A DNA stretch of 64,000 bases from Malacoraja senta (taxonomy: Eukaryota), in NCBI GenBank assembly GCA_038087875.1, contig JAXLNO010000350.1, positions 62,001 through 126,000 of the forward strand, read 5' to 3'. Position 1 is the stretch's first letter; each line of letters starts with the position of its first letter. This document shows, piece after piece, positions 12,220 to 22,898 of this stretch. The notes beneath the pieces are model-generated. The model did not search any database. It was not told the DNA's origin and saw only the letters and a list, made by a program, of their open reading frames with translations. The position numbers and the translations under genes were made by a program.

Positions 12220-12800
12220 ACATCATTAATAAATACATTAAGATGGAAACCTGCATCATAACATGTGCTCCTTTCAAGGCCATAAAGTACCAGGATTGAA
12301 AAAAAATAGCAGACACTCCAGAGATAAGCAGTAACTTGTTATTGGATGAGCTTGATTTGGACCCAGCTTTTTCTACATTCTGAAAGGCTCTAGAATATTT
12401 CAATCATACCATATTCTGACTTGGTAGGAGTGTTTTACAGATAAGAAAAATGTATGATTGCGCTAACTTTCTTTTGTACTGTGAGTAAAGCCTGAGAAGA
12501 ACTGAGCAACATTTGTGCTCATTGTAGATCTTGCCACTCCCATTTGACGAGTCAATTAAAGATTGGCTTGACACCCCCTCTCGCCCCCTCCCTTCTCCCC
12601 CTCTCCTCACTTCCACCGTCCTCATTCCCCTTCCCCACTTGCCTCCTCACCATCTCACCCCTCCTTCCCGCCTCCCATCTCCCCCTCCCCCCCACCCTCA
12701 CACCTTCATCTCCCTCCCTCACATCCCCCGCTCCCCTCATACCCCCTCTCACCCCCCCCTGCTCTCCCCCCCCCTTCAAGCACTAGTAATGTTCACGCGT

Positions 12801-12852
12801 TACTAATGTCCTGTTTGCCAGCTTGTTGCTCCTCTGTGTTCCCCTCCTGCAG
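12801..12852 (+). promoter_or_regulatory. Splice acceptor of the zinc-finger exon (branch point, polypyrimidine tract, CAG)
   Basis: TACTAAT at 12801-12807, then CTCCTCTGTGTTCCCCTCCTGCAG|G. The same acceptor is present in the paralog with AG at 35616-35617. Confidence 0.7.
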
Positions 12853-12984
12853 GGTTTAGGATCCGTTGCTGCGGACGGAGAAACGGGGACATGAACAGCC
12901 ATTGAGGGCAGCCGGGGTGCTGATGAAACCCCCCCCCCCCCATCTGCTCGGTGTGCGGGCTGAGCTTCAAGCGGCTGAGCTTCG

Positions 12985-15156
12985 ATGGAGGACCACGTGA
13001 CGGGGCACAATAAGGAGAAGCGTTATGAGTGCGACGTGTGTGGCAAGGCCTGCCGGGGCCCGAGTGACCTGGAGTCCCACCGGCGGGTGCACACGGGCGA
13101 GAAGCCCTTTGGCTGCTCCACCTGTGTCAAGAGCTTTGCCCAGTTGTCGGCGCTACGGCGGCACCAGCAGGTGCACAGCGGCGAGCGGCCCTTCACCTGC
13201 TCCGACTGCGGCAAAGGCTTCAAGTCGTCGCCGGAACTGAAGGTGCACGGGGTCATGCACACCGGGGAGCGGCCCTACATCTGCAGCGACTGCGGCAAGG
13301 GCTTCAAGAGGCCGGACAACCTGCGGGTCCACCGGCGGGTGCACACGGGCGAGGGGTCCTTTGGCTGCTCCACATGCGGCAAGAGCTTTGCCTCGCGTTG
13401 CGGGCTGCAGGAGCACCGGCGAGTGCACACGGGAAAGAGGTCCTATGACTGCTCCACCTGCAGCAAGAGCTTTGGCTCGTCGTCGGGGCTGGAGAACCAC
13501 CGGCGGCTGCACACGGGCGAGAGGCCCTATGGCTGCTCCACCTGTGGCAAGAGCTTTGCCTGGTTGTGGAGGCTCCAGGAGCACCAGCGGGTGCACAGCG
13601 GTGAGCGGCCCTTCACCTGCTCCGACTGCGGCATAGACTTCAAGTCGTCTACGAGCCTGAAGCAGCACAGGCGCCTGCACACCGGGGAGCGGCCGTACAC
13701 CTGCAGCAACTGCGGCAAGGGCTTTACCACGTCGTCGAGGCTGCAGCAGCACGGGCTGGTGCACAGCAGTGAGCGGCCCTTCACCTGCTCCGACTGCGGC
13801 AAAAGCTTCAAGTCACCCACGCAGCTGAAGCAGCACAGGCACGTGCACACCGGGGAGCGGCCCTACACCTGCAGCAACTGCGGCAAGGGCTTCACCAGCT
13901 CCAGCAAGCTGGAGGAGCACCAACGCACCCACACCGGCGAGCGCCCCTTCACCTGCGTCCAGTGCGGCAAGGGCTTCACCAGCTCCGTCAACCTGCTGGC
14001 CCACAAGCGGGTGCACTCTGACAAGAGGCCCTTTGTCTGCTCCGACTGCGGCAAGGACTTCAAGGGGCGGTACGAGCTGAGGAACCACCGGCAGTTACAC
14101 ACGGGCGAGACGCCCTATGGCTGCACCACCTGTGGCAAGAGCTTTGCCCAGTTGTCGGGGCTGCGGGCTCACCGGCTGGTGCACAGCAGTGAGCGACCCT
14201 TCACCTGCTCCGACTGCGGCAAAGGCTTCAAGACATCTATGACCCTAAAGCAGCACAGGCGCTTGCACACCGGGGAGCAGCCCTACACCTGCAGCAAATG
14301 CGGCAAGAGCTTCACCTGCAGCGGCAGCCTGCTGGTGCACCATCGCATCCACACCGGCGAACACCCCTTCACATGCGCCCAGTGTGGTAAACGCTTCACC
14401 CACTCCAACGGTCTGCTGTATCACCAGCGCACCCACACCGGCGAACGCCCCTACCCCTGCACCCAGTGCGGCAAGTGCTTCACCTGCTCCAGCAGCCTGC
14501 TGGTGCACCAGCGTATCCACACCGGCGAGCGCCCCTTCCCCTGCACCCAGTGTGGCAAGCGCTTCGCCCGCTCTGACATCCTGCTGTACCACCAGCGCAC
14601 CCACACCGGCGAACGCCCCTACACCTGCACCCAGTGCGGCAAGGGCTTCACCGGCTACAGCACTCTGCTGGTGCATCAGCGTACCCACACCGGCGAACGC
14701 CCCTACACCTGCACCCAGTGCGGCAAGCACTTCACCCGCTCCACCAGGCTGCTGTACCACCAGCGGGTGCAAGACTGCGAGCCTCCAGTCCCCAGCCCGG
14801 TGTGTGGAGAGAGCTTTGCCATGGCCTCCCATGTCCTGTCTCACCAGCACGTGCACACCAGTGGCCAGCCCTATGACTGCCCGTACTGTGGTGAGGCGTT
14901 TGACAGCTCGCGGAGTTTGCGGCAGCACCGGCGGACCCACGCTGGCGAGCAGCTGCTCCCACTGTTTCAAGAGGGCACGGGGGCTGCAGGAGCACCAGCG
15001 GATACACAGACCATGATGGAGAAGGTGAGGACAGACTATGATGGCAGTACAGGGCTCTCGCTTAACTTTTTTTCCCTGTTGCCAGCCGGGCAACCTCGGC
15101 AGCTTTTTAGGTTGCCAAATGACAGTTTAGGTGGTCATTTAAGATGGCTTGCATGA
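12985..15156 (+). CDS. Tandem C2H2 zinc-finger protein, 723 aa, 23 finger units (21 canonical, 2 degenerate); no KRAB or SCAN domain seen; last ~50 aa are TE-derived
   Basis: Repeated C-x2-C-x12-H-x3-H with TGERP/TGEKP linkers in an uninterrupted ORF. The tail reads through antisense Rex1 sequence into a DNA transposon end. Confidence 0.92.
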   Translation: MEDHVTGHNKEKRYECDVCGKACRGPSDLESHRRVHTGEKPFGCSTCVKSFAQLSALRRHQQVHSGERPFTCSDCGKGFKSSPELKVHGVMHTGERPYICSDCGKGFKRPDNLRVHRRVHTGEGSFGCSTCGKSFASRCGLQEHRRVHTGKRSYDCSTCSKSFGSSSGLENHRRLHTGERPYGCSTCGKSFAWLWRLQEHQRVHSGERPFTCSDCGIDFKSSTSLKQHRRLHTGERPYTCSNCGKGFTTSSRLQQHGLVHSSERPFTCSDCGKSFKSPTQLKQHRHVHTGERPYTCSNCGKGFTSSSKLEEHQRTHTGERPFTCVQCGKGFTSSVNLLAHKRVHSDKRPFVCSDCGKDFKGRYELRNHRQLHTGETPYGCTTCGKSFAQLSGLRAHRLVHSSERPFTCSDCGKGFKTSMTLKQHRRLHTGEQPYTCSKCGKSFTCSGSLLVHHRIHTGEHPFTCAQCGKRFTHSNGLLYHQRTHTGERPYPCTQCGKCFTCSSSLLVHQRIHTGERPFPCTQCGKRFARSDILLYHQRTHTGERPYTCTQCGKGFTGYSTLLVHQRTHTGERPYTCTQCGKHFTRSTRLLYHQRVQDCEPPVPSPVCGESFAMASHVLSHQHVHTSGQPYDCPYCGEAFDSSRSLRQHRRTHAGEQLLPLFQEGTGAAGAPADTQTMMEKVRTDYDGSTGLSLNFFSLLPAGQPRQLFRLPNDSLGGHLRWLA

Positions 15157-16659
15157 CGCGTGCGATAATGTGCTCGGACGAAGTGCGTAGTTACCAGTCA
15201 GAATTATACTCAATATTCACATTCACATATTATTTCTGCTTCAACTAAAGTCACAAACTAAACATATTCACCAATCAAGACATGATATATCCCACAATGA
15301 CATGCAGCAAAATTATAAGACAGTATCTCAACTCTTTTTACACATTGCAATTAATGCAATTTCTATTAGTTCTTTCCACTTCCAAACAAAAATGTGGTTG
15401 GATTATTCAGCGTATGATCAACCTGTGTCAATAAATCCTGGACCATGGTAACATATATGCGTACGTATAGTTGTGAATGTTACAGTACTGATACTCCATA
15501 TTAAGAGCATTGATTTGCCGTTTAAATGAATTCTGTAATAACGTGTCAATGGTAGCAGTGACAATCGAACACTGTGGTTTTAATGTTTCACGTGTTCACA
15601 ATTTAATTAATAATCTTTATGGATTAAAACAAATAACATTGGGAATTAAAACACATTTGATTGTATTCCGTTATCAAACATAGTCAATGTTCGCTCTGAA
15701 GACATTTCCAGCACAATAGGCAAGGAGGGGGGTGTGTGTGAATCAGTGCGGGGTGGAAGATGGCGGGGGTGGGGGGGGGGGGAGTTAGAAGGCAGTAGGT
15801 GCAGAATGGATGGATTGAGGCAGGTGAATTAGTACGTGTTGGTTGGAGTAGGTAAAATTGTGAGGGGAGAGCACGGGGGATGTCAGTGGTGTTGAATGGG
15901 GGGGATCAGTACGGGATGGATGGGGGTAGACAAAAGTGCTGGAGAAACTCAGCAGGTGAGGCAGCATCTATGGAGCGAAGGAAATTGGCAAGGTTTCGGG
16001 TCAAGACCCTTCTACAGACTGTTCCCCCCATTCTTCTTGAATGGGAAGATCAGTACAGGATGAATGGGGGGGGGAGATCCGCGCAGGATGAATGGGGGGG
16101 GGTCAGTACAGTGTGGATCGGTGGGTCTGTGCAGGATGAATCGGGGATCACTACAGGATGAATGAGGGGAAGGGGGGAAGGTGCAGGGTAAATGAATTAA
16201 AACACATTTTAATTCTAAAAATTTAATTTTAAATGTTCGGCACGGACTAGACGGGTCGAGATGGCCTGTTTCCGTGCTGTAATTGTTATATGGTTATATG
16301 GTTATATGGTTATAAATGGAGGGTGGGTCAGTACGGGATGAATGCATGGATTAGTACAGGATGGATGGGGGATTACTACAGGATGGATGGGGGATCAGTA
16401 CAGGATGGATGGAGAAGTGCAGGATGGATGGGAAAGGGGTAAGTACAGGGTGAATTGGGGAACAAGTGTAGGATGGATGGGGGGGGTGGCAGGAGAATCA
16501 ATCCGAGGTGGATAGGGTGATCAGCACAGTATGAATAGATGGGGGGGGTATATGGGAGGGGAGCACAGGGGATGTCAGTGAGGACTGAATAGACGCGGGA
16601 ATGGGGATCGGTGTGGGATGGAGTGAAGGGATCCCAGGATAAGGGGGTGGAGGGGGCGT

Positions 16660-16710
<51 letters not shown>

Positions 16711-17449
16711 GGGGGGAGGGGGGGAGGTGGGGAGGAAGGAAGGTCAGTGCTCCTCGGACAACATCGCCCCGCTGGCCGTTGGGAACTCCTCGCCACCGCC
16801 TCCCCTCCTCAGCCAGCCAACAGCAAGGTGCGGGGCCGGTCGGTGCAGCTCAAAGATCCTATAGCTATAAGATCTTTGGTGCAGCTGCTTCAGAAGGGTC
16901 GGAGCGAATGACGGGCTCCGCTCAGCGGCAGCAGCGGCTGCGACAGCGGCTCCATCTCCTCCTCCCTGATAAGGGCCGCTGCTTGCAAATCCGCTAACGG
17001 CGATAACCGCTTTCGAAACAAACCCTCCCGCACGCCGAAGCCTCCCTCTCCCTCCCTCCTCCCGGCCTCGGTGTGCGGGAGGGAGGGTATGTTTCGAAAG
17101 TGTTTATCGCCGTTAGCAGATTTGCAAGCAGCGGCCCTTATCAGGGCGGGCGGGGGGCTGGAGGAGGAGATGGATGCTGCCGCTGTTCGGGGCCCGTCAT
17201 TCGCTCCGACCCTTCCTCACCCCGCACCTAGTATCTTTACCCTGCACAGCTGCCGCCGACACAAAACGTCGGGTTCCTTTTCTCCAGAGATGCTGCCTGA
17301 CCCGCGGAGTTACCCCAGTTTTTTGTGTCTATCTTCGGTACAAACCAGTATCTGGTTGCCAAGCCGGGCAAAATGACTCGGTGTTTAGGTTGCCCGACGG
17401 CGCTTTGAGTGGTCAGTGGCACCCGGGCAACCATTAATTTCGAGCCCTG
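15050..17449. mobile_element. Non-autonomous DNA transposon with CAGGGCTC TIRs and 5-bp TSD (hAT5-like), 2,400 bp
   Basis: TSD CAGTA at 15045-15049 and 17450-17454. Empty site in the paralog at ~37301-37320. Confidence 0.88.
16851..16878. mobile_element. P-element-type excision footprint: two fused 14-bp TIR ends between 8-bp TSDs
   Basis: GTGCAGCT|CAAAGATCCTATAG CTATAAGATCTTTG|GTGCAGCT. Second copy at 31244-31271. Confidence 0.7.
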
Positions 17450-17517
17450 CAGTATAAAACTGGACCATCATTGCCTGTGGCAGATTGTATTATCTCAGCT
17501 GCTGCAGGAAGTACATA
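17450..17517 (-). mobile_element. Rex1/Babar RT fragment (continues at 15006-15049, across the DNA transposon)
   Basis: Minus strand approximates MYFLxQLRxxNLPQAMMVQFYTAIxESVLTFSIMV. Contiguous in the paralog at ~37265-37377. Confidence 0.75.
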
Positions 17518-17671
17518 GTCTGTTGGGCCTTTTTGACTGTGCAGTCTATGGTGGCTTCCTATTGATCTATCCAACACTGATCTATTCTACATTTTCCCTG
17601 ATCTCCATTCCCTTTGTCCTGTTTTCACTTCTTACACTTCCTCATCTCTGTATCTCCCATCAGACTGAAGG

Positions 17672-19958
17672 TGTAGTAGCCATTTCACTTAACTCAGTAA
17701 GTTATAACTATAACCATCTACCTTTAAATCTTATCTGCCTGTAATTGTGTGGGTGGGAATTATACGTAGTCTAAGGCGTGTTCGCGGCTGGGATTCTCGC
17801 GCCAACGCCCTAGTAGTTTTAGGTTAGTTTAAAGAAGCATGGAGGAGAGGTCACAGCTTTCTACCATGCACGAGTTTGACCACAAGTAAGAACAAAATGT
17901 ACTTCAACAAGAAGAAGTTTGGATGAATATCTTACTGTTTTTACTCCTACAATAAAGAAACTACCAATTAAGAGACTGTGTTTGGAAGATTTATCTTTTG
18001 ACAGCAAGAAGAACTGCCCTGCCGCTGCTGTTAATCAAATCTCTACTGGCTAATTAGAAAAGCTGTTGATCAAGCAATACAATCATGACTTCAATGAAAA
18101 TACCAGTAAGGAATCAGAAGAAATGTCCAGGGAAGAGTTAAAGTTCTTGGATATTATGAACTACTCAGTAAAGATGATAGATGGACATTATTGTCTGGAC
18201 TTACCTTTCAAACAAGAAAGTGTTAGTCTGACGAATAATCGTCGTATGGCAGAGCAACGTACCCTGAATCTGAAACGCACGTTTGGCAAGAATACAAAAT
18301 GTCATGAAGGATATGATTGACAATGATTATGCCGAAATGGTACCAACAGACCAGCCGAATCGAAGTGATGGAGAGCTTTGGTACATTCTGCACCACGGGG
18401 TGCATGACTGGAAGAAAGGGGCCTTGAGGGTGGTCTTTGACTGTGCTGCAGTCTTCAAAGGAACATCATTTTACTGTCAACTTCTGCAAGGTCCAGACCT
18501 TACCAACTCACTCATTGGAATTCTCATTAAATTCAGACAAGAACCAATTGCTTTAATGGCTGATATTAAAGCGATGTTTCATCAAGTCAAAGTATCGGAA
18601 AAACACATTTACTATTTGCGATTCTTATGGTGGCCTGATGGGGATTCACAACAAGATCCCGTTGAATATCGGATGAAGGTACATCTCTTTGGAGCAGTGT
18701 CATCCCCAAGTTGCACGGACTTTGCATTAAAGAAGACCGCACAGGACAATAAAGCTCACTTTCCAGAAGAAGTGATAACCTCTGAAGACTAATTTCTATA
18801 TGGATGATTGCTTAAATTCCATGTCTATGGAGCAAGAAGCAATTCAAATGGTAAAACATCTGACTTCCCTCTGCAATAAGGGAGGATTCCAGCTTTCCAA
18901 GTGGATCAGCAACAGCCGTGTTGAATTGGAAAGCATTCCACCAGATGATAGAGCCAAGGAGATCAGGGAGTTGGATTTGGACAAAGACAATCTGCCAATG
19001 GAAAGAGCATTGGGACTGCATTGGTGCGTTGAAACAGATGTGTTCAAGTTCAGAACCTTGATTCAAGAGCGACCATGTACTAGAAGGGGTATCCTGTCCA
19101 TGATTGGTTCCGTTTATGACCCTTTGGGATTTCTTGCACCATTTACTCTGCCAGCCAAGTAGATTTTGCAGGATCTTTGTAAGGAAAAACAGAATCTCTT
19201 TTGTATTGGGAGCTACTAATGTTTCACAATGGAAATATGTTAACACAAAGGAAAATCCTGCGGATGAAGCTTCTAGAGGACTAACAGCAGACAGCTTCTT
19301 AATGAACAAGAGATGGATCAATGGACTGGAACTTCTCTGTAAGCCAGACAGAGAATGGCCATAATTTGAGCTGGCATTTGAAATCTCTGCCAATGATCCG
19401 GAAATTAAACAAAACATCACAGTGAACGTTATTGCTAAAAATCCTATTATTCTCTCGAAGGATTTTCACATTCCAACATTATCGTTACAACATATCCATG
19501 ATTTGATCGGACATGGAAGAAGTTTCATGCTGACAAAACTTTGGACTTTTGAGTTTTGGACTAGATACTGGAGATCATGCCTGCTGACATTAAGGGTTTG
19601 GTGCGTACAGTACGACTTCAGACTAAGAATAATGTTTTAATAAGACCAATAACCAAGTTATGCTTGCTTCTAGAAAGCGAAGGTGAAGATGGAAGAATCG
19701 CTAAAGAAGTCTAAATGCGGATCTATAAATCATGAGATTTTTTGTGTTTTATATATGTTAAGCTTTTATAGCTCCTTTTTTAATGTCTATTAATAATTGC
19801 CTCGTTGTATACTCAGAACAATTAGGGGTCGGTATGTAGTAGCCATTTAGCTTAACTCAGTATGTTATAACTACAACCAGTTGCCTTTCAATTTTATCTG
19901 CCTGTAATTACATGGGTGGGGTTTATACGTAGTCTGATGCGTGTTTGCGGCTGGGATT
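17672..19958 (+). mobile_element. Internally deleted BEL/Pao LTR retrotransposon (5' LTR 17672-17951; 3' LTR from 19835, truncated by CR1)
   Basis: LTR TGTAGTAG...CTCCTACA. Pol remnants [57 protein letters not shown]-like ACAATTAGGGG before the 3' LTR. Confidence 0.93.
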
Positions 19959-20990
19959 AGAAACATAGAAAATAGGTGCAGGAGGAGGCCATTCGGCCCT
20001 TCGAGTCAGCACCGCCATTCTTTGTGATCATGGCTGATCGGCCCCAATCAATAACCCGTGCCTGCCTTCTCCACATATCCCTTGATTCCACTAGCTCCGA
20101 GAGCTCTATCTAACTCTCTCTTAAATCCATTTGTGATTTGGCCTCCACTGCCCTCTGTGGGAGGGAATACCACAAATTCACAACTCTCTGGGTGAAAAAG
20201 TTTTTTCTCACCTCAGTCTTAAATGGCCTCCCCTTTATTCTAAGACTATGGCCCCTGGTTCTAGACTCGCCCAACATTGGGAACATTTTTCCTGCATCTA
20301 GCTTGTCCAGTCCTTTTATAATTTTATATGTTTCTATAAGATGCCCACTCATCCTTCTAAACTCCAGTGAATACAAGCCTAGTCTTTTCAATCTTTCCTC
20401 ATAAGACAGTCCCGCCATCCAGGGATCAATCTCGTGAACCTACGCTGCACTGCCTCAATCACAAGGATATCCTTCCTCAAATTAGGAGACCAAAACTATA
20501 CACAATACTCCAGATGTGGTCTTACCAGAGCCCTGTACAACTGCAGAAGAACCTCTCTACTCCTATACTGAAATTCTCTTGTTATGAAGGCCAACATTCC
20601 ATTAGCTTTCTTCACTGCCTGCTGTATCTGTACGCCAAATGGGGTTAGGTACGCCCCCTTACCTAACCTAACCCCATTGAGATAATAATCTGCCCCCTCG
20701 TTTTTGCCGTGAAAGTGGATAACCACACATTAATCTATCTTATACTGCATCTGTAGACAGTAGACAGTAGGTGCTGGAGTAGGCCATTCGACCCTTCGAG
20801 CCAGCACCACAATTCACTGTGATCATGGCAGATCATCCACAATCAGTACCCCGTTCCTGCCATCTCCACATATCCCATGACTACGCTATCTTTAAGAGCT
20901 CTATCTAACTCTCTCTTGGAAGCATCCAGAGAATGGGCCTCCACTGCCTTCTGAGGCAGAGAATTCCTCAGATTCACAACTCTCCAGGTA
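19959..20990 (-). mobile_element. Two 5'-truncated CR1 LINE 3' ends in tandem (19959-20752 and 20753-20990)
   Basis: Minus-strand [13 protein letters not shown] and GLSYEERL..LGLYSLE..RTRGH peptides. CR1 hairpin GGCTCGAAGGGCC and CTATGTTT/CTATTGT tails. Confidence 0.92.
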
Positions 20991-21290
20991 AAAAAAGGCG
21001 ATTAACTAAAACTACCTACAACTACCTCGACTACACATAACTACATGGCGACCCCACCACAATTGCACCTACGACTACAGGATTATCAATTTTCTCCATG
21101 GCGACCAATTTTTGGGCGCATAAGATTTTTCAACATGTTGAAAAAATTTGCGGCGACCAATACTGAGGCCGCGACTCGCTCCCAGAATGCGGGAACTCCT
21201 CGCGGCCATGAAGGAGACCAACAGCGATCATGTGGCGAGCGCAGAGTCTCCTGCAGGCGCCTAAAAATTCGCCTAAGTGGGACAGGCCCT
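20991..21290. mobile_element. Right part of a PIF/Harbinger-like MITE; paralog at ~42231-42501
   Basis: Ends AAGTGGGACAGGCCC(T), the reverse complement of a GGGCCTGTCCCAC-type TIR. Left end not found. Confidence 0.5.
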
Positions 21291-21508
21291 TGAAAACCGG
21301 GTGCAACCAGTTTATGAAGACTTACCTTGAAGTTTGGGAGTGGCAGGAGTTCAATCCAAATTCAATTTGCTAATTGGTTAAGTGACAAATTGGGCAATTT
21401 ATCAGCCAATATAAGCAAGGTTTGCCGTCGGGAAGCAGCGAGCTCCTTGTGAGAAAAGTGTGAGTCTTTGGCTCAAGAGTCTTCGGCGAGGAGGCTGTGG
21501 AGAGGAGA

Positions 21509-22052
21509 CTAGAGCTAGTGGGACCCGTTGGGTCCTGTCCCCAACGCGGGGGGAGGAGGGGATGTGGCGTTACACTGAGGAGGGAGCACCGCGCTGTAGG
21601 ATGGAGGGAGGGGGCAGTGAGGATGGAGGACAGCACTGAGGGAGGGAGGGGCGGTGAGGGAGATGGGGAGAGAGGGAGTTGTGTAGAGATGGAGGCAATA
21701 GAGATGGAGGGGGATGACAGGGAGAGTAAGGGGGAAATGGGAGAAAAAATAGTGGGTTGAGGGGGAGAAAGACAGGGGGAGAAAAGCAAGGTAGGGGAGA
21801 GATTGGGAAGGGTTGGGTGAGTTGGGTTGGCTTGGATTGAGCTGAGTTGGGTTGGGTTGAGCTGAGTAGGGGTTGGGTTGAGTTGGGATGAGTTAAGTTG
21901 GCTTGGGTTGAGCTGAGTTGGGTTAGGTTGAGTTGGGTTGGGTGAGATGAGCTGAGTTGGGGTTGAGTTTGTTTGGGTTGAGTTGGGTTGGGTTGAGTTT
22001 GTTTGGGTTGGGTTGATTTGTGTTGGGCTGAGTTGGGTTGGGTTGGGTTGAG
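21509..22052 (-). mobile_element. Helitron 3' end with purine-rich and (GGGTT/GAGTT)n internal repeats; paralog at 42727-43253
   Basis: Minus strand GGACCCAACGGGTCC hairpin, then CACTAGCT-CTAG|T. The paralog ends CTGG|T (CTRR). Confidence 0.7.
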
Positions 22053-22094
22053 TGTGGAATTCTCTGCCAACAGACAAGATGAGAGATTTAGAGG

Positions 22095-22898
22095 TATAAG
22101 ACCAAGTGCAGACCCGTTGGGTCCCAGTCACACGGGAAGGCCTGGCCTCCCAAACACAACCCGTTCCACAATGCAATGTTCGACCACTCACCCATTCCAA
22201 CGCAACCCGTTCCCCCAATGCAATATTCCACCACTCACCCATAACCCCTAACAGTGCAGGAACGGCTCATTTCCCCTCATGTGTGGGGGGAAATGGTGGG
22301 GGTGGGGTGGGAGGGGTATGTGTGGACGGGGAGGTGTAAAATGTAGGAGGATGGTGTGGGGTAGGGGGGAGTGCCGAGTGTGGGGGAGGGGGGGGGGTGT
22401 GGCGTGGGGTGGGGAGGAGGTGTGTATGTAGGGGGGAGGAGGGATGTGGGAAGGGGGTGTGTAGGGAAGGGTGTGTGTGTGGGGGAGGCGTGTGGGGGGG
22501 AGGGGTGTGCGGGCGGAGGGGTTAAGGGGGGATGGGTGTGAGCTGGGGATAGGGATGTGTGGGGGTAGGGATGTGGGGGCAGGGGGGGTTGTGAGGCAGA
22601 GGGGTTGTGGGGGCGGGATGTTGTAGTTGCGAGGGGATTGTGGGGCTTGGAGGGTTTGTGGGGGAGGGGGTGTGTAGGGGCGGCGGGGTGTGGGGGCATG
22701 TGTGTGTGTGGGGGTGTGTGTGCGTGTGGTGGGGGCTTTGTGTGGAGGGATAGGGGTGTGGGCGGGGTGGGGGATGTTTGTGTGGGGGAGAGGGGTATGT
22801 GGGCGGGGGGAGTGAGCTCGGAGAAAGGACGGGGAAGACCCATGGGGGAGAGGGGGGCATCACGGGGGAGGGGGAGGAGCCAGTGAGGGGGACCAGGT
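22095..22898 (-). mobile_element. Helitron 3' portion with G-rich low-complexity interior, running into the assembly gap
   Basis: Hairpin core GACCCGTTGGGTC at 22111-22123. Colinear with 44473-45220. Confidence 0.7.

Noticed and set aside
13023..15093. Antisense and alternative-frame ORFs over the zinc-finger exons (also 35621-37274 and 52659-53894)
   Set aside because: Expected by-product of GC-rich repetitive finger codons. Only the +1 frame at the 3' end encodes recognisable fingers.
21810..22052. Interstitial telomere repeat
   Set aside because: Units are GGGTT/GAGTT/GAGCT pentamers, not TTAGGG.
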